In this document: positions 1 through 12,448 of the stretch, piece after piece
Numbering within the stretch: position 1 is the stretch's first letter
Layout of the letters: each line of letters begins with the position of its first letter
Assembly: GCA_002633005.1 (NCBI GenBank)
Contig: NMRA01000698.1
Coordinates: forward strand, 62,001-126,000
Length of the DNA stretch: 64,000 nt
Direction of reading: 5' to 3'
DNA from: Phoronis australis
Taxonomy: Eukaryota > Animalia > Phoronida
The notes under the pieces: model-generated
Seen by the model: only the letters and a program-made list of their open reading frames with translations
What the model was told of the DNA's origin: nothing
Database searches by the model: none
Position numbers and translations under genes: made by a program

Positions 1-280
1 CTAAATTTGTTACAAGTACGTTCGTCAGAAAATTTCAGGATGCAATTACAGTGATAATGATGTGGTAAACTAAGCGTGCTCCAACTGCCTACTCGAAATT
101 TGCAGATAAGTTTTTCTGGTAGACAGAAATGGACAAACATCTATTCAATACATTGGTTATACTAACTGCAGGACTTTGCATAGACATTTAGTTAAAATTA
201 ACTCATTTCCCACAAAGTGAAAATTAGTGTTACTGATAAATGTAGTTTGTGTTACCCGCAGTGTAAACAAGAGACACTCG

Positions 281-464
281 CATGCGCGCACCTAGCCTTC
301 AATATGGGGGCTCGAATTCCTAACGTTGTAGACCTTTTTGGTAACAAAATAGCCGGCGGACTAAAAAAAANTTCTCGCAGGCGGACCTTCATTTTGCCCA
401 CTTCGCCAAGGGGGGGGGGGGGGGGGGGGGCTCCTTCGAGCCCCCTCCCCTGGGTGCGCGCATG
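281..464. mobile_element. Short non-autonomous DNA element (MITE-like) with TIRs and 5-bp TSD
   Basis: Termini CATGCGCGCACC / GGTGCGCGCATG are inverted repeats, flanked by the direct repeat ACTCG (276-280, 465-469). There is an internal poly-G run. A related reverse copy is nested at ~14531-14677. Confidence 0.75.
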
Positions 465-2031
465 ACTCGAACACACTTTTGCAGTTGCGATGTTACTAGC
501 TAAAGACTGAAGGCACATTTACATAGTTTCATAACAAATGGAGACGATGTTATCTGGAGCACATGTTGCATAGTGTTCAACAATCGCTGAGAATGAAAAA
601 CGGTACAACCGGAATGAAAATCGAGATATCCGGATAAAAAGAAGGACATCTAGATTGATGCCAACACTCAAGAGTGAAATGCTCGCAAAAACGTCCCGAC
701 TGCCTTTTTGTGGAATGGTAAATTAGGCCTACGGGTGCTGCAACACTGAATAAGGCAAAACGCCGCAACGGATCGGACGGCGTGTTTCGATTAGTCAGAC
801 GTGGAATTGCCGCAAAAACCCGCGAAATGTCCTTTTCCACTACTTGGTCGACCCGGCGCGGCAAATGTAGCCCGGCCTGTAGCCTGAGAAATCCCAATAG
901 TACATGTTATGTCAAGTAGGCCAGGTGTCATGGTTAGCGACATAGCGGGAAATTTGAACGTCATACAGTGGAACAGTACGCCGGCGTCTGAAGAGCAGAG
1001 TTGGCAAATGCAATGTAGCTTACACTATCAAAGTTGTCGTTTTTAATATTAGGCCTAATGATTTCACGCGTGTAGCATTGGTGCTTAGAAATCGAATTAA
1101 TACTTGAAAAATAAGCTATAGAAACAATAAAAAGTAATAAACATAAATACATGCACATACATACATACATTCACATACAATGTACTTATGCAAATGTACT
1201 AGAAGAGATAACTTTTTCGAAAGTTACGCAAAATTGGCGCTCAGTAGTAAACTTTTCATGTATAATTGCACCCCCAGAAACCAAATGTCACTTGTTCCCC
1301 GTAAAATGTTGTAACATGAATTTTAAACACCTCAAAAACGTTTCGTTGAAAAACTGCTACCATGTATTTTGATAGGTTGTCGCCAGTGGCTGTAAGACGC
1401 CTGCAAGATACGGGATAGCGGACTATTCCCGACATCCTCTGGCAACGGATTTGAACAGCAATATTTGCGAACCAGTGTGCGAGTTTGTTCGTTTTGTTTT
1501 ATTCCTTTTTTATTTTTGCATATTACACGACTTGAAAAAAATCAAGATTGCGACGACAAAATGACAAAATGCCGCAATTATGGGCACGCACCAAAGTTCA
1601 TAGAAAACGTACCCGGTACAAAGATTTTATAGTATCTTTGTCCGGTACGTTCCTGATCGTAGCCTCCTCGGCTGGTAGTGAACCGCACTATCACCAGGTG
1701 GCGTTTACATCCGTACGAAGACGAAGAGTACGAGTTAGTAAGGAACATTTCAGCTCAGTTTTTAACTTAAATTGTCATTAACATTATTATGACTAGGCCG
1801 TTATAAGTTACAGGTATGGATATTAAGATAATCTCGCATTTTAGCTGTCAGCATTGAGGTTATTCTGCAGTATGTAATTGAACTTGTCTGAGTGTGTAGA
1901 CAGTTTTCAATCTCAGATTTTGATCGTTGTGCTTGACTTGAGGGATTCGCTGCTTGGAAGCATCTAATTGTCGTGTGACTTCTCAGACTACACTCTGCTG
2001 AGAGCACTATTGCTGGTACCACAGTGATACA

Positions 2032-2343
2032 CAGGAGCATTTCCAGGATTTTGAGTTGGGGGGGGGGGNGGGGGCAGGGCAGAGTATTAGCCAGGATTTT
2101 GCCCACTCATGCAGACATTCGCTCCTCAACGATCGGCACAGTAGTTGGATGTAATGGACCCTGACTTAGAGATCCAGGCAATCACTAAATAACGTTCCCG
2201 TTTTTTAGTGGATGAAACTGGTTCTCTAAATCAGGGTCCATTATACATTATATCCAATTAATGCCCCCCGAACTGCCAAATAGAATCTGGGAGAATTTTA
2301 GGGGGGGCATGGCCCCCTTGGCCCCCCTCTAAATCTGCCACTG
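2032..2343 (+). mobile_element. MITE-like element of the CAG(G/T)GGCGGA-type family, with a nested palindromic element at ~2152-2243
   Basis: Both ends match the reverse complement of 14433-14748 (CCAGGATTTTGAGTTGGGG; CCCCGAACTGCCAAA...AATTTTAGGGGGG...CCACTG). The nested inverted repeat is TAATGGACCCTGACTTAGAGA / TCTCTAAATCAGGGTCCATTA. Confidence 0.65.
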
Positions 2344-2849
2344 GTACAGAATGAACAACAGCCGAAGACTAAGTACTGTCACTTTCCAGTTGGCCTGCTT
2401 TTTGTGAATGTTGTAACGACAAAGAGATTTGTACCTGTGTTTTCTTGGAGCTCCTCTTAACCTCAAAGTTGTGTACATAAATGTTGAATTAAATATTCGT
2501 TGAAGTAATCAAGTCGAAGTGAAAATCTTTGCTCAGTGTGAAGAAGTTGTCTAATAATTGCTCCCCCCACGATCACTTACTAGTATTTCATCCTTTATTA
2601 CTGGAACTCGTGCCACTGAATCGGAGGATTGTGTAAATGGTTTAATCAATTATTGTTTGATTGTTTTATAAGATCGCCAGTAGTTGAAACAAACAGCAAA
2701 GGTTGATTAAAATTTACATTATGTTATTAACAGCTAGGTGCATTGCTTTAGTGTTGTGTATTTTTTTCAACATAAACATGATTATTTATAAGTATATAGA
2801 CGCTGAGGTTGGCCAGTAATGAAATATATCAAATAAACACAGAAAAATC

Positions 2850-2930
2850 AGGAATCCCAACTGGGAATCGAACCACATGTTTCTAGATTGCCGGTCTATA
2901 GTGCTCTCACCACTGAGCTACTGAGGACCC
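2850..2930 (-). mobile_element. tRNA-derived SINE head or tRNA pseudogene
   Basis: The minus strand reads TAGCTCAGTGG (Pol III A box) ... GGTTCGATTCC (B box) with tRNA-like spacing. The stems are imperfect. Confidence 0.7.
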
Positions 2931-4304
2931 GATATCTGTGCAAATAGTGTTTACAGCCAACTGTAATGAATATTTTAGTCTCGGAACTATACAGTAAGTG
3001 AAGGAACATGAACTGGTTCCTAGTTTGAGTGAATTTCCCTTGGGTATTCCAAGCTGAATCGCAGAGGTCTACCACCATATCACCTTGAGCACTGAATTTT
3101 AAAAGTGCACTGAATTCGCACTATAATGCAACTTACGATGCGTAGGCGCTGCATTTAAATGCCAAAAGGTGGTTGGTTGCACCTACGTGTGCCTTAAAAC
3201 CCCCACTACAGCACTGCTTGCCTGTGGGCCGACAGGTTAAGCTGTCAAGGCACATGATTTTGATATGTTAATTCGCTTAAAAAGAGAAGGACCACACAGC
3301 CTCCTGATCCAGATGAGGCTGACCCAGTGATGAGTTTTACTGTAGACTGTCAGAGATTATAATATTATAGGTATGTTGCGAGATTTTCAGCATAATGCGT
3401 GCACATCACCTTGGCTAAACTACAAGATCCAAGTTGCGATATGTACCGTTTTAGCATTGACATAGCTATGTATTCAGTGCTGATCGACTTCTGGAATACC
3501 AATATATCCCAGAATCCATTGTTGAAAAATGTCTAGTTGATGAAATAGATGAATCATGGACCATATCGGAAAGAAGGGTCGCAATATTTGTAAATTTTGT
3601 TTGGGTTGAAAGGCTTTGAAGACATCAAAGGTCTCTGAAGGTGTCCCTTGTTTGTGCCCAACCAAAGGTACTGGTCGTGACTATGCTAGTTTAGCCGGGG
3701 TAAGGCATAATTTGTCAAAAAACTCTGAGAATACATGAATTATTGAGACTCACTACTGTTGCAAGGCACCAGTGTAGAGATGAGTTGTGGTTGACTTGTC
3801 AGCGATATAATTATTGAAGAATACCAAAAATCATGGACCAATAACTGATAACAGTTTGGTCCCTAACACTAGATCCTCTGTGTCTACAACGGTGTATACA
3901 GGCAACATGTAGCCCCTCGGCTGGCTGTACAGGAATTCTTGTGATGTCCACAACAGGCGATATAATTTCTTATGGCATATAATTACCAAAATCAAGAAAA
4001 TGCAATTTCGGCTTGAATTTTAGTGTCCCAAACTTTAGAGATTCTGAAAGTGGAGAATTATTAACACAGGTAGATAAATAGATCAATAGGCTCAACATTG
4101 CCCTTTAATTCAACAATGTTTGAATTGATGTCTGAATTTCGGGTTTATATGTTTTTGTTTGGCTTTTTCAGTCATCTCGAATAAACGGAAAGTATCGGAC
4201 GTGGATGAAAACGTCGATTGCATACCTGACAACCTGCTGGTGATGATCCAGTTTTATCTAACCTGAAGTTCAAGTAATCTCTGCATGGTTTAAAACACTG
4301 TGCA

Positions 4305-7300
4305 ATGGCAACTGTCATCAAATATCCATTGACTGAATTCAGCATGACACCCGTTGCTAAAATCGTGACTAGAAGGATGGCTAGTACATTCTTTTTGCAA
4401 AGCAAGAAAATGAGTGTCTTATTGGATGGTGTGTCTGCAGTAAAAACAAACAGTTGTATGCTTAGAAGGCCTCCACATTTGGGGAGTGGTTTGACACCCA
4501 TGGGAACTTCTTTCTGTGCAGATTTTGGTAGGAGGACTCTAATACCTAGTTATATGAGTGGTTTGCTCAGGAGCACGAGATCTCTGAGCAGTACTGTCAG
4601 CACTCAAATGCATACGGCTCAGAATAACGGGACAAAATGGCCATTGCATAGCGTCAAAGTCACGACGAGTGAAGGCAGATGGTTCGAAGCTTTACACGGA
4701 CTGCAGTTTGATGTGAAGTATATAGACACATGTCCCGAAGGGAACAAGCTGATGCCCACTGTGGTGTGTGTTCACGGTGCCCCAGGATCCCATAGAGACT
4801 TTAGCACTATAGTCAATGGTCTGGTAGAGGAAGGGATTAGAGTAATCATACCAAATTTACCTGGTAAGACTTCTTGGAGTTTGTGGTTTTGTCAATCACA
4901 TACATAGACGGTACTTTACATAGAGGGGGCCCTTTTAACTTGCGGAATCGGTAAAATTGAGTATGCCTTCTTCTTTTCCTTACGCGTTAATGGCATAAAA
5001 TTTCACAAAAGGTTATCAAGGTATTTGAAGATCTTTTCACAATACTGTGATGGGAGCAACTGTTACAATTACATTGAATGGATACAGGGCCTCCAATCTT
5101 GTTTTTTTCCAAGCAGAGACAAATTGGCTCCGGGAGTGGGGTACACATTTTCCCTGTTGGACTATTTCATGCAGCTGGGAACAGATCTCTCCTGGCCGAA
5201 GAATAATCACTTCTAATACTGTGTATAAGTAAGGAAGGAATTGAGACCAGTGTCATAAATCTGCGTGGCCTAAATTAAGGTTATGTCGAATCTTACCAAC
5301 GTGTCTTTGAATTAAGCCAAATATCTACAATACTAGATTTCAACTCCGCGAATGTATATATTTTATGAACCGTGGAATGCTTACAGAATTTTATTGGTGA
5401 CTTTTTGAAAACATGCCATTAACTGTGTCACATAGTCATATTTGTGGAAAACATGTCATTAACAAACAATGGTGTCAATAACGTGCCTTCACCAAATTTT
5501 ATTGGATTCAAATGATCAAGGTGAAATGTCAAACATGCTGTTTACATTTTCTAAATTGTCTTGTTTTTGTTTTATGCAACTTTTTGATGTTTTTCTTAAC
5601 AGTCGTAAAGGTCTTACTTTGGAGAGCCCCTCATGGGGAAGGGGAGCGTTTTAAAAACAATTCCACATAATGTATTGGACAAAAATTATCTGGAAGGTTC
5701 TTACTATGAATCCGATCAGTCATTTCTGTGGTACTGTGTTTCTTAGACAAACTTGGACATTTTTCTAAGGTCCTACGTAACATTAAAGGTTACTTTTTTG
5801 ATCGAAGGTTCATTTTATAGTTCCACTTTATTTATTTTCCTGTTTGATTTTTGTGACTAAGTCATAATATGATCTGCGTTTTTAGGGTATGACGAGACCT
5901 TGCCAGTAATTCCTGAAGATTTGGAAATATTCAGTCATGCAACAGATGAGAGAACGGAATTCATCCTCAGCTTTATTGGTGCTATTGGGCTTTCGCAGTG
6001 AGTATTACACGATATACTACCAGCAGCGTGGCTCAGTGGTTTGAGCGCCAGACTCCCGTTTGGGAGATCCAGGTTCGAATCCTGGATTTACTGGCAGACA
6101 ATCGAGCATTGCACAAAGGTGTCTCCTACTCCTCTGAACTCGGTCTTACTTGTGAATTTACACAAGGGAATGAATGAGAACCTGAATATAATGTGAAAGC
6201 GAGCGATACCTGGGCTGTGCTCATATTTTTAATTTACTACCAGCCATTTCCACCCGTTCACTGTCCCTCTGTGATGTCACTGTCTGCATTCTTGGCTTAA
6301 ATCCTAACAACATTGACAGTGAAAGAAACAACATTTATTTAGGACAATATTTTGCTGATGCAGTGGTTCGAGCTAAGTTTGATAAGTTAGAAAAATAGAA
6401 TGTGGCTGAGATGGTTATTATAAGGGTAGTAATGTACAAAACTTATGTATGTAATGAGTGGCAAAAAATCACTACAAGTATGCACAAAATGGATACTCTA
6501 AAATATACCATGGAGAGATGGAGTATAAGTTTAAGAGTAGAAAATATTATGAAACGGAAGGGTAGGAGGCGGGAAAACAAGTTTTGAAGAATGGCCAGAC
6601 ACCATTGTCTGAGTGAAGACAAGCTAATGAAGTTCTGTAAACTCTCCAGATGGAACAAAAAACTGTTAGGTAAAAGACAACTGTGAAGAAATAGATCACA
6701 GTGACGTAGAGTATGATGGATGGAGGAAAATATTCCCTGATAAATATGTCATGTAATTGAATTTAATTTTCATTTTCTAGTCTGAGGCCACATTGTTGGT
6801 GTTTATCTTCCACTTCGAGTTTAGATATCTGTCGGCACAAAATGAAATGTAGTATACAACCACTATTATTTAGTACCTGATTTGCCATGCGTGTTGCAAT
6901 TTCTATTTATAACCAACCCGCAAGGTTGAAGACTCCAGCATTGTTAAAGTGCTAATGAATATCAAAGAGTTCGTTTATGTTTACATTTGTTATGAATACG
7001 AGTTTCCCATTTGTTTATTGTAGGATAGATGCTCTACTTGGCCATAGTCTTGGTTGCAGCCCCCTCTATGTGTTGGGTGCCCGATGTAGTAGTATTGTCA
7101 GGTCTCTGGTCTTTGTCAATCCAGTGCCTCATGATGTCTACAGGTGAGTGTCTGCGTAATGGTGTTTAAAGATACTATTTACATTCATCAATTTAAAACA
7201 TAGAATTAGTTTTGTCATTTGGAAGATATCACTAATTAAGAATATAAACATTTCATAGTTTATGTTTGCCTTATTTTAATGTTATTATTTTATCTTTTTT

Positions 7301-10300
7301 TAAAAATGGGAAGAGTTTCTGAAGAAACCTTATTACAAGACAGTTGAGTGAGTACTTGTAATGCAAGAGTTAGCTGTCACTATGGTGACCATTTTAGACG
7401 GTGTAATGATTCTCACCAAAATTCATGTTAAAATCTGTATTCAGTTAAGTTTGAAAATATTTGGAACTGCTTTGCAATAGCTTTATTCGAGATTGAGTTT
7501 CGTCTAAACTAACTTGCACTAAAATCATTCTGTTGTATGAAGTTTTTAACTAAAATGAAGCTGAATAAGTGCCTTTAAAGGCCTGAATGCAATAAAGAGA
7601 AAAGATAGGTCTGTTATGTTTCAATTTTTCATTATTTAGGTTAAGATATTTGCTTCATAATTTTTCCAAATTTTTAAATTGTGATTTTTTCAAACTGTAC
7701 AAAACTCATGACCGCATCAGTTTTCTATAAAGCAATTCACTTCTGTCCATTGTGTGCGCATAATTCCAAGTTGTAATTGGGAGAGAAAATGAAGAGGAGA
7801 TGTTTATTTTCATCGCAACACTGTTCCCTAGGAACTAAGAAAGAGAAAAGCTGCCACATGTTACACTTTGTAGAAAGAGGTCACATTGGAGTGAACGAAT
7901 CACCAACGTTGTTCATTGTCTTTTATGAGTAGCAACTACTTAAAAGAAATTGATGTGTCGTATTGATAATTTATATCTTTCAGACTGGCCCGGCCTGAGT
8001 GGTTCTTCAGGTGGTTTCCATGGTTTTGGGATCGAAAATTCATGCGGCCATTATTGCTGGGTTTTCTGGCTACGCAGAAGAGAAGAATTGGTTTCAAAAG
8101 GTGGAAAGCACGTCACGTGGCAATATCGTGTTTAACATGCTCAGGATTAACGTTCCCAATGGTAAACAGTCTTTTAAAGATGTATTTGCATGTTCCTGAC
8201 TATGCTAATGTATAGTAGAAACTAAACAACAATGCTATTTGAACATCATCTGTGCTAAGCAAAGTGCATTTGCATTTATTGACAATTTGTAAATTATGAA
8301 AATAAAAAAATTGGCAAATAAGTCACCTTTGCGCCAGTGACGTACCATGGGGGCTCACATAGCCTGCATCATGCTGTGTTATTCCCCAACACCACATCAC
8401 GATACTTTCTGGGCATGGTTGAGAGATTTACAGCAGATCATTTTTGTCACAAAACTCATTCTTAAAAACATTGCAAAATTTCAACGTACTTCATACTCAC
8501 ATCGTTGCTATATCTTGTGTTTCTAACTAATTTGACCAAGCAATCCCAGAGATAAGGAATTAGCGTGCAAGTTCCACTTCATGTATCTGTTTCAGCAGCT
8601 TGATGTGACCCATTTTGGCCTACTTTGTTCTTGATAAGATCGCTGTGTTTCGCTTACTGTCATTGTGTCTCGCGGGACTCTGATGAACCTTTAGAATATT
8701 ATGGCTGGAATGTGCCAGCACAACTCAGTCATAGGTTTTAATATCCTGGCAGTGAAATTGGCAATGTAAGTAGTTTTAATTGCGTTATACGAATCTAATA
8801 AACACCCCTAGAGGCATACCATCATGGGTGCATTGTGGCACTTGTTTTTTCAGTCCAATTTCTCCAGTTCTTAACTGGCGCTATTTCCAGATTCAGAGCT
8901 CAGCCCTAGAGATCAGAGCCAAGAAGATTCCATTCACGTTCATGTGGAGCAAAAACGATCGTATGTTTGAAGAGCAGCTGTGTGAAGAGACGGGCAGGCT
9001 ATTGGGGGTACAGGCTACAGCCACTGTGGATGGTGCTGGCCATTTTGTTGCTGCAGGTAGTATGCAGGGGTGTCTGTCGGTCTAGCTAAACCCCTCATGA
9101 TAATTACATTCAAAGGTCAAAGGTCAGGGACAAATTAACTAATCTACAAAAATCTTGTTTGATTGATAAATTTTGTTTGTCAAGGTCATGCCAGACAGTG
9201 CAAGTGAAAAAGAGGAGTTTTACGAGAAAGTTCGGTACTTTGCTTGCTTATACTAGACATGCAGGTCTGTTAATTGATATTTACAGACGAGCCAGCCTAA
9301 AATTTTTTGCGCAATTCAAAACTTCGAATGGTATTATGTCTGCTTTCCATTGTGAATTTGATTGATGTGTGTCGTCTGTTCCCAATATTTGCTGGCAATT
9401 CTGTAGATCACTCCTGTTCATCTTATGCCATTTTTTATCTACGTGCACACTGAAAGTTACGTCAGCCTCTGGACATGTGGTCTTTTGTTTGTAGCCTACT
9501 GAGTGCGCATTAACTGGGATTGTAGAATGAAAATAATTAATATAGGACATGGGGTGAAGGAGGATGCACAAGGACGTCTAAAAGAGGATTGTCTGTTTTG
9601 TATTTTTGAATGGTGTTATTTAATAGCAAATTTCTATAGTTTGAGACTGCAAATATTTTTGAGTCACGTGAAAAGAACAGTGGGTGATTCTTCTATAATT
9701 CAGATTTGCCTCGTAACAGCTGTTACGGTACATGTAGAACATTTCCAAATTTCTTTGAAAACCTTGCTTGCAAAAGTGTCAAGCAAAATACTATCTCTAC
9801 AATTTTGGTCAAATATAATTGCCAAATTTATGATTTGTTCATTTTTCAAAAGTTTATGAAATTATAGCAAATACCCTAATTTCTCAAAACTTTGTTTGAT
9901 TGTAGCTGTGGAATAAAACCTCAGATGATCAAGTATTATGCGGTGCTACTTTAGTTATCATTTTACAAGAAAAACAAAAATATAGTACTGCCGTATTGCA
10001 TCCTAATTTTGGGAGATTTTACCATAACTTACCATAACTCCTGTTATAAAAAACCTTTTGACGTTTGGTAATGTGAACATTGTCATTGCTTTTTGCCATT
10101 TATTTCATGCGTCTGATAGATCTCGACATTGTTGTCAGTGAATTGACTTTCTTCATTTAGGTCAAAATGACACAAGCAAACACTACGCATCTGCCATCAT
10201 GTTTGAGAAGGGCGGCCATCTTTGTCACAGAACACATCCACAGATGGTGGTGCAAGCAGTCTTGGATCAACTCAAGCACATTAATGACAAAAGAGACAAT

Positions 10301-10339
10301 CAGTTCTGTAGCAAATTCGTTCTCAAATCGAAAAGTTGA
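4305..10339 (+). CDS. Alpha/beta-fold serine hydrolase (Abhydrolase_1/DUF1057-like), ~437 aa, with a probable mitochondrial presequence
   Basis: Coding exons 4305-4863, 5886-5997, 7024-7143, 7984-8161, 8891-9056 and 10161-10339 are all GT-AG and phase-compatible, totalling 1314 nt. Motifs: VVCVHGAPGSH (oxyanion loop), RVIIPNLPGY, GHSLG (nucleophile Ser), WSKND (acid), KGGHL (His). An acceptor upstream at 4170-4171 implies a non-coding first exon. Confidence 0.88.
6025..6234 (+). mobile_element. tRNA-derived SINE with target-site duplication
   Basis: A box TGGCTCAGTGG (~6028) and B box GGTTCGAATCC (~6072). A 10-bp direct repeat TACTACCAGC lies at 6015-6024 and 6235-6244. Confidence 0.85.
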
Positions 10340-12347
10340 GATTCTGCCTCTCCTGTGCTTAAGTGCTCAGGCATCGTGAATATTTGAAATTATACATTGT
10401 AGACTAAGTTCAGGTTGTGCTTCATTGATATTGCCAGAGGAGGATGATTCATTTCTTGATGGGTGTGCAAGTTTGTACTTGCCAAAAATAATCAAACAAG
10501 GCGGCTGACTGCAAACCATCAGAATAGCATGTAAACGACGTTTTGTCTGATTACTTATAGTGGGTCCACTCCAGTTTCACATAATAACCTCTTATCTACC
10601 CATAAACTGAAGGCATAATTTTTAATCCTCGTTGAGTGAAAGTTTTTAAATATGATTTCTAAGGATAACGACAGAGATATTCAATATACAGTTTGTGAAT
10701 TCTGGGTTATTTGTTTAAAATTCCATATATCTTAAAGAGCCACCGAAATGATTACATTCATTTTGTAAACTGTAAAGTAGTATTTCTGCCAGATGGTATT
10801 CATGCCTGCCTTTCTTGACATCTCTAAAGAGACTACCTGCATTTCATCTGGGAAACAAATTTTTGATTTAAGTATTAGTCTTACTGTGATAAAACTGCTC
10901 TCAACTTGTTCCTTACTCAGGTGTGCAGTGGTTTCTCAGCTGGAAAAATGAGGGCGTGCACAAACACACACTTGCGTGATAGACTAACATGAAAGAAAAT
11001 AAAATGTTAGAAGTTCATTTTTTAAAAATTTTCTTGGAAGAGACTCAAAACCCCTCTGAGAAACTCAACGAGGGACAGTGAGTTGTCACCACCAGCATTA
11101 TTAGACATTCACAAGGACAAAGGCTAGACCAGCTGCCTTTGTGACAGCCCAGACTCTGTCAGCATCAAAGGAAGAGGACTTTCTTCATATATTTAAAGGA
11201 ACATTTTCGGTTTTACAGCCGAAAATGCATTTTGGAGATTATTGATGGATGGGGATAGTCTTCTTGGAGTTATTGGCTTTGACCAGACCTATTGAACAAC
11301 AAAATTTATTGTCCTTTGTAAATTTTATTGAGTATCTCCAATTCTCATTGTTGTCTACCTAACCTTCACTGAAATCCATGACATTGCTAGTAAAATACAC
11401 TTAACATACTCGGACATTGATCGAGTGGGGTTTAACCGTTCCTAACAGGTTCAAATCCGTGCTGAAACCGAGTCTCACTCGAGTCCCCCGCGGTCACTTT
11501 TGGAAACAAAACTTACAGTATTGAAGTGATGAAGTGGGAGCTACTTCTACATCCGGGTGCTTTTATAATTTGTCTCCCTCTTGGTATGTAATATGCACAA
11601 ATAGTCTGTTTCGGCCAATTTTAATCATATTTTTAAGATCAGTAAATACTCAAGTGGCTAATTCATGCTCGGCCTAGGTGGGCCGGTCGGGTGGCTCCTC
11701 TCCCACTCAGGCGGCAAAAGGGGGTACTTTCCGGTCTTTTCAAGACGTGCAATTGACTCCCCAAATTTCGTGACGTAAACCGTAAGGGTGGAGGGTTGCC
11801 ACGTGCTCGTAAGTAAAAACGAAAGTTCCTCATTGTCTTGTGGTGCCCAGCAAAAATTCATGATGAGAACCTTAGTTACCAGAGGGGGGGGGGGGNGGGC
11901 GCTAACCGAACTAGTTGATCTGCCTTTAGTGCCCCGGCGGGGACCGAACCCAAGATAGGCTCGAGAATAGCTTTTAAGTGTGATGACGTGGTTTGCTTGT
12001 AACTTTGCATGGCGATATCTTGCTCGTGTGCTGCGAGTCTTTTGACGTGAACTTGAATTTCACTGCACGGACACAGTTTGTCTTTTAATCATCTGCTACT
12101 TAACATTATATTTAAGCCCCGTTAAAACGAGAGCTCGGGTCATTGTCACCGTTAAAATGACCCGTAGTCATTGTACTGAGATCAAAATTTTAATGCTACA
12201 CCCTCCAGGAGCAGGCGGGCAGATCCGTATCACGAGCCATTGCTCTGTAGAGCCACCTATCGACGGCCAGGTAGGTTCATGCGGATCACTGATGATAGTT
12301 CACTTATGTTCCACGTACTCCTAATCAAATTGGCAAACATTCCAGGG

Positions 12348-12354
12348 TATATAA
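12348..12354 (+). promoter_or_regulatory. Candidate TATA box of the SLC34 gene
   Basis: TATATAA lies ~100 bp upstream of gccATG (12449), which opens a 17-codon exon ending at the strong donor AAG|GTGAGT. Confidence 0.5.
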
Positions 12355-12448
12355 CGACCCCACGTATTTTTTCCTGTACCTTCGAAGTCACCAGCTCATC
12401 CATAGAGACCTCGGTTAACCACTCTCCTCATTTGGAAGCCGGTTTGCC

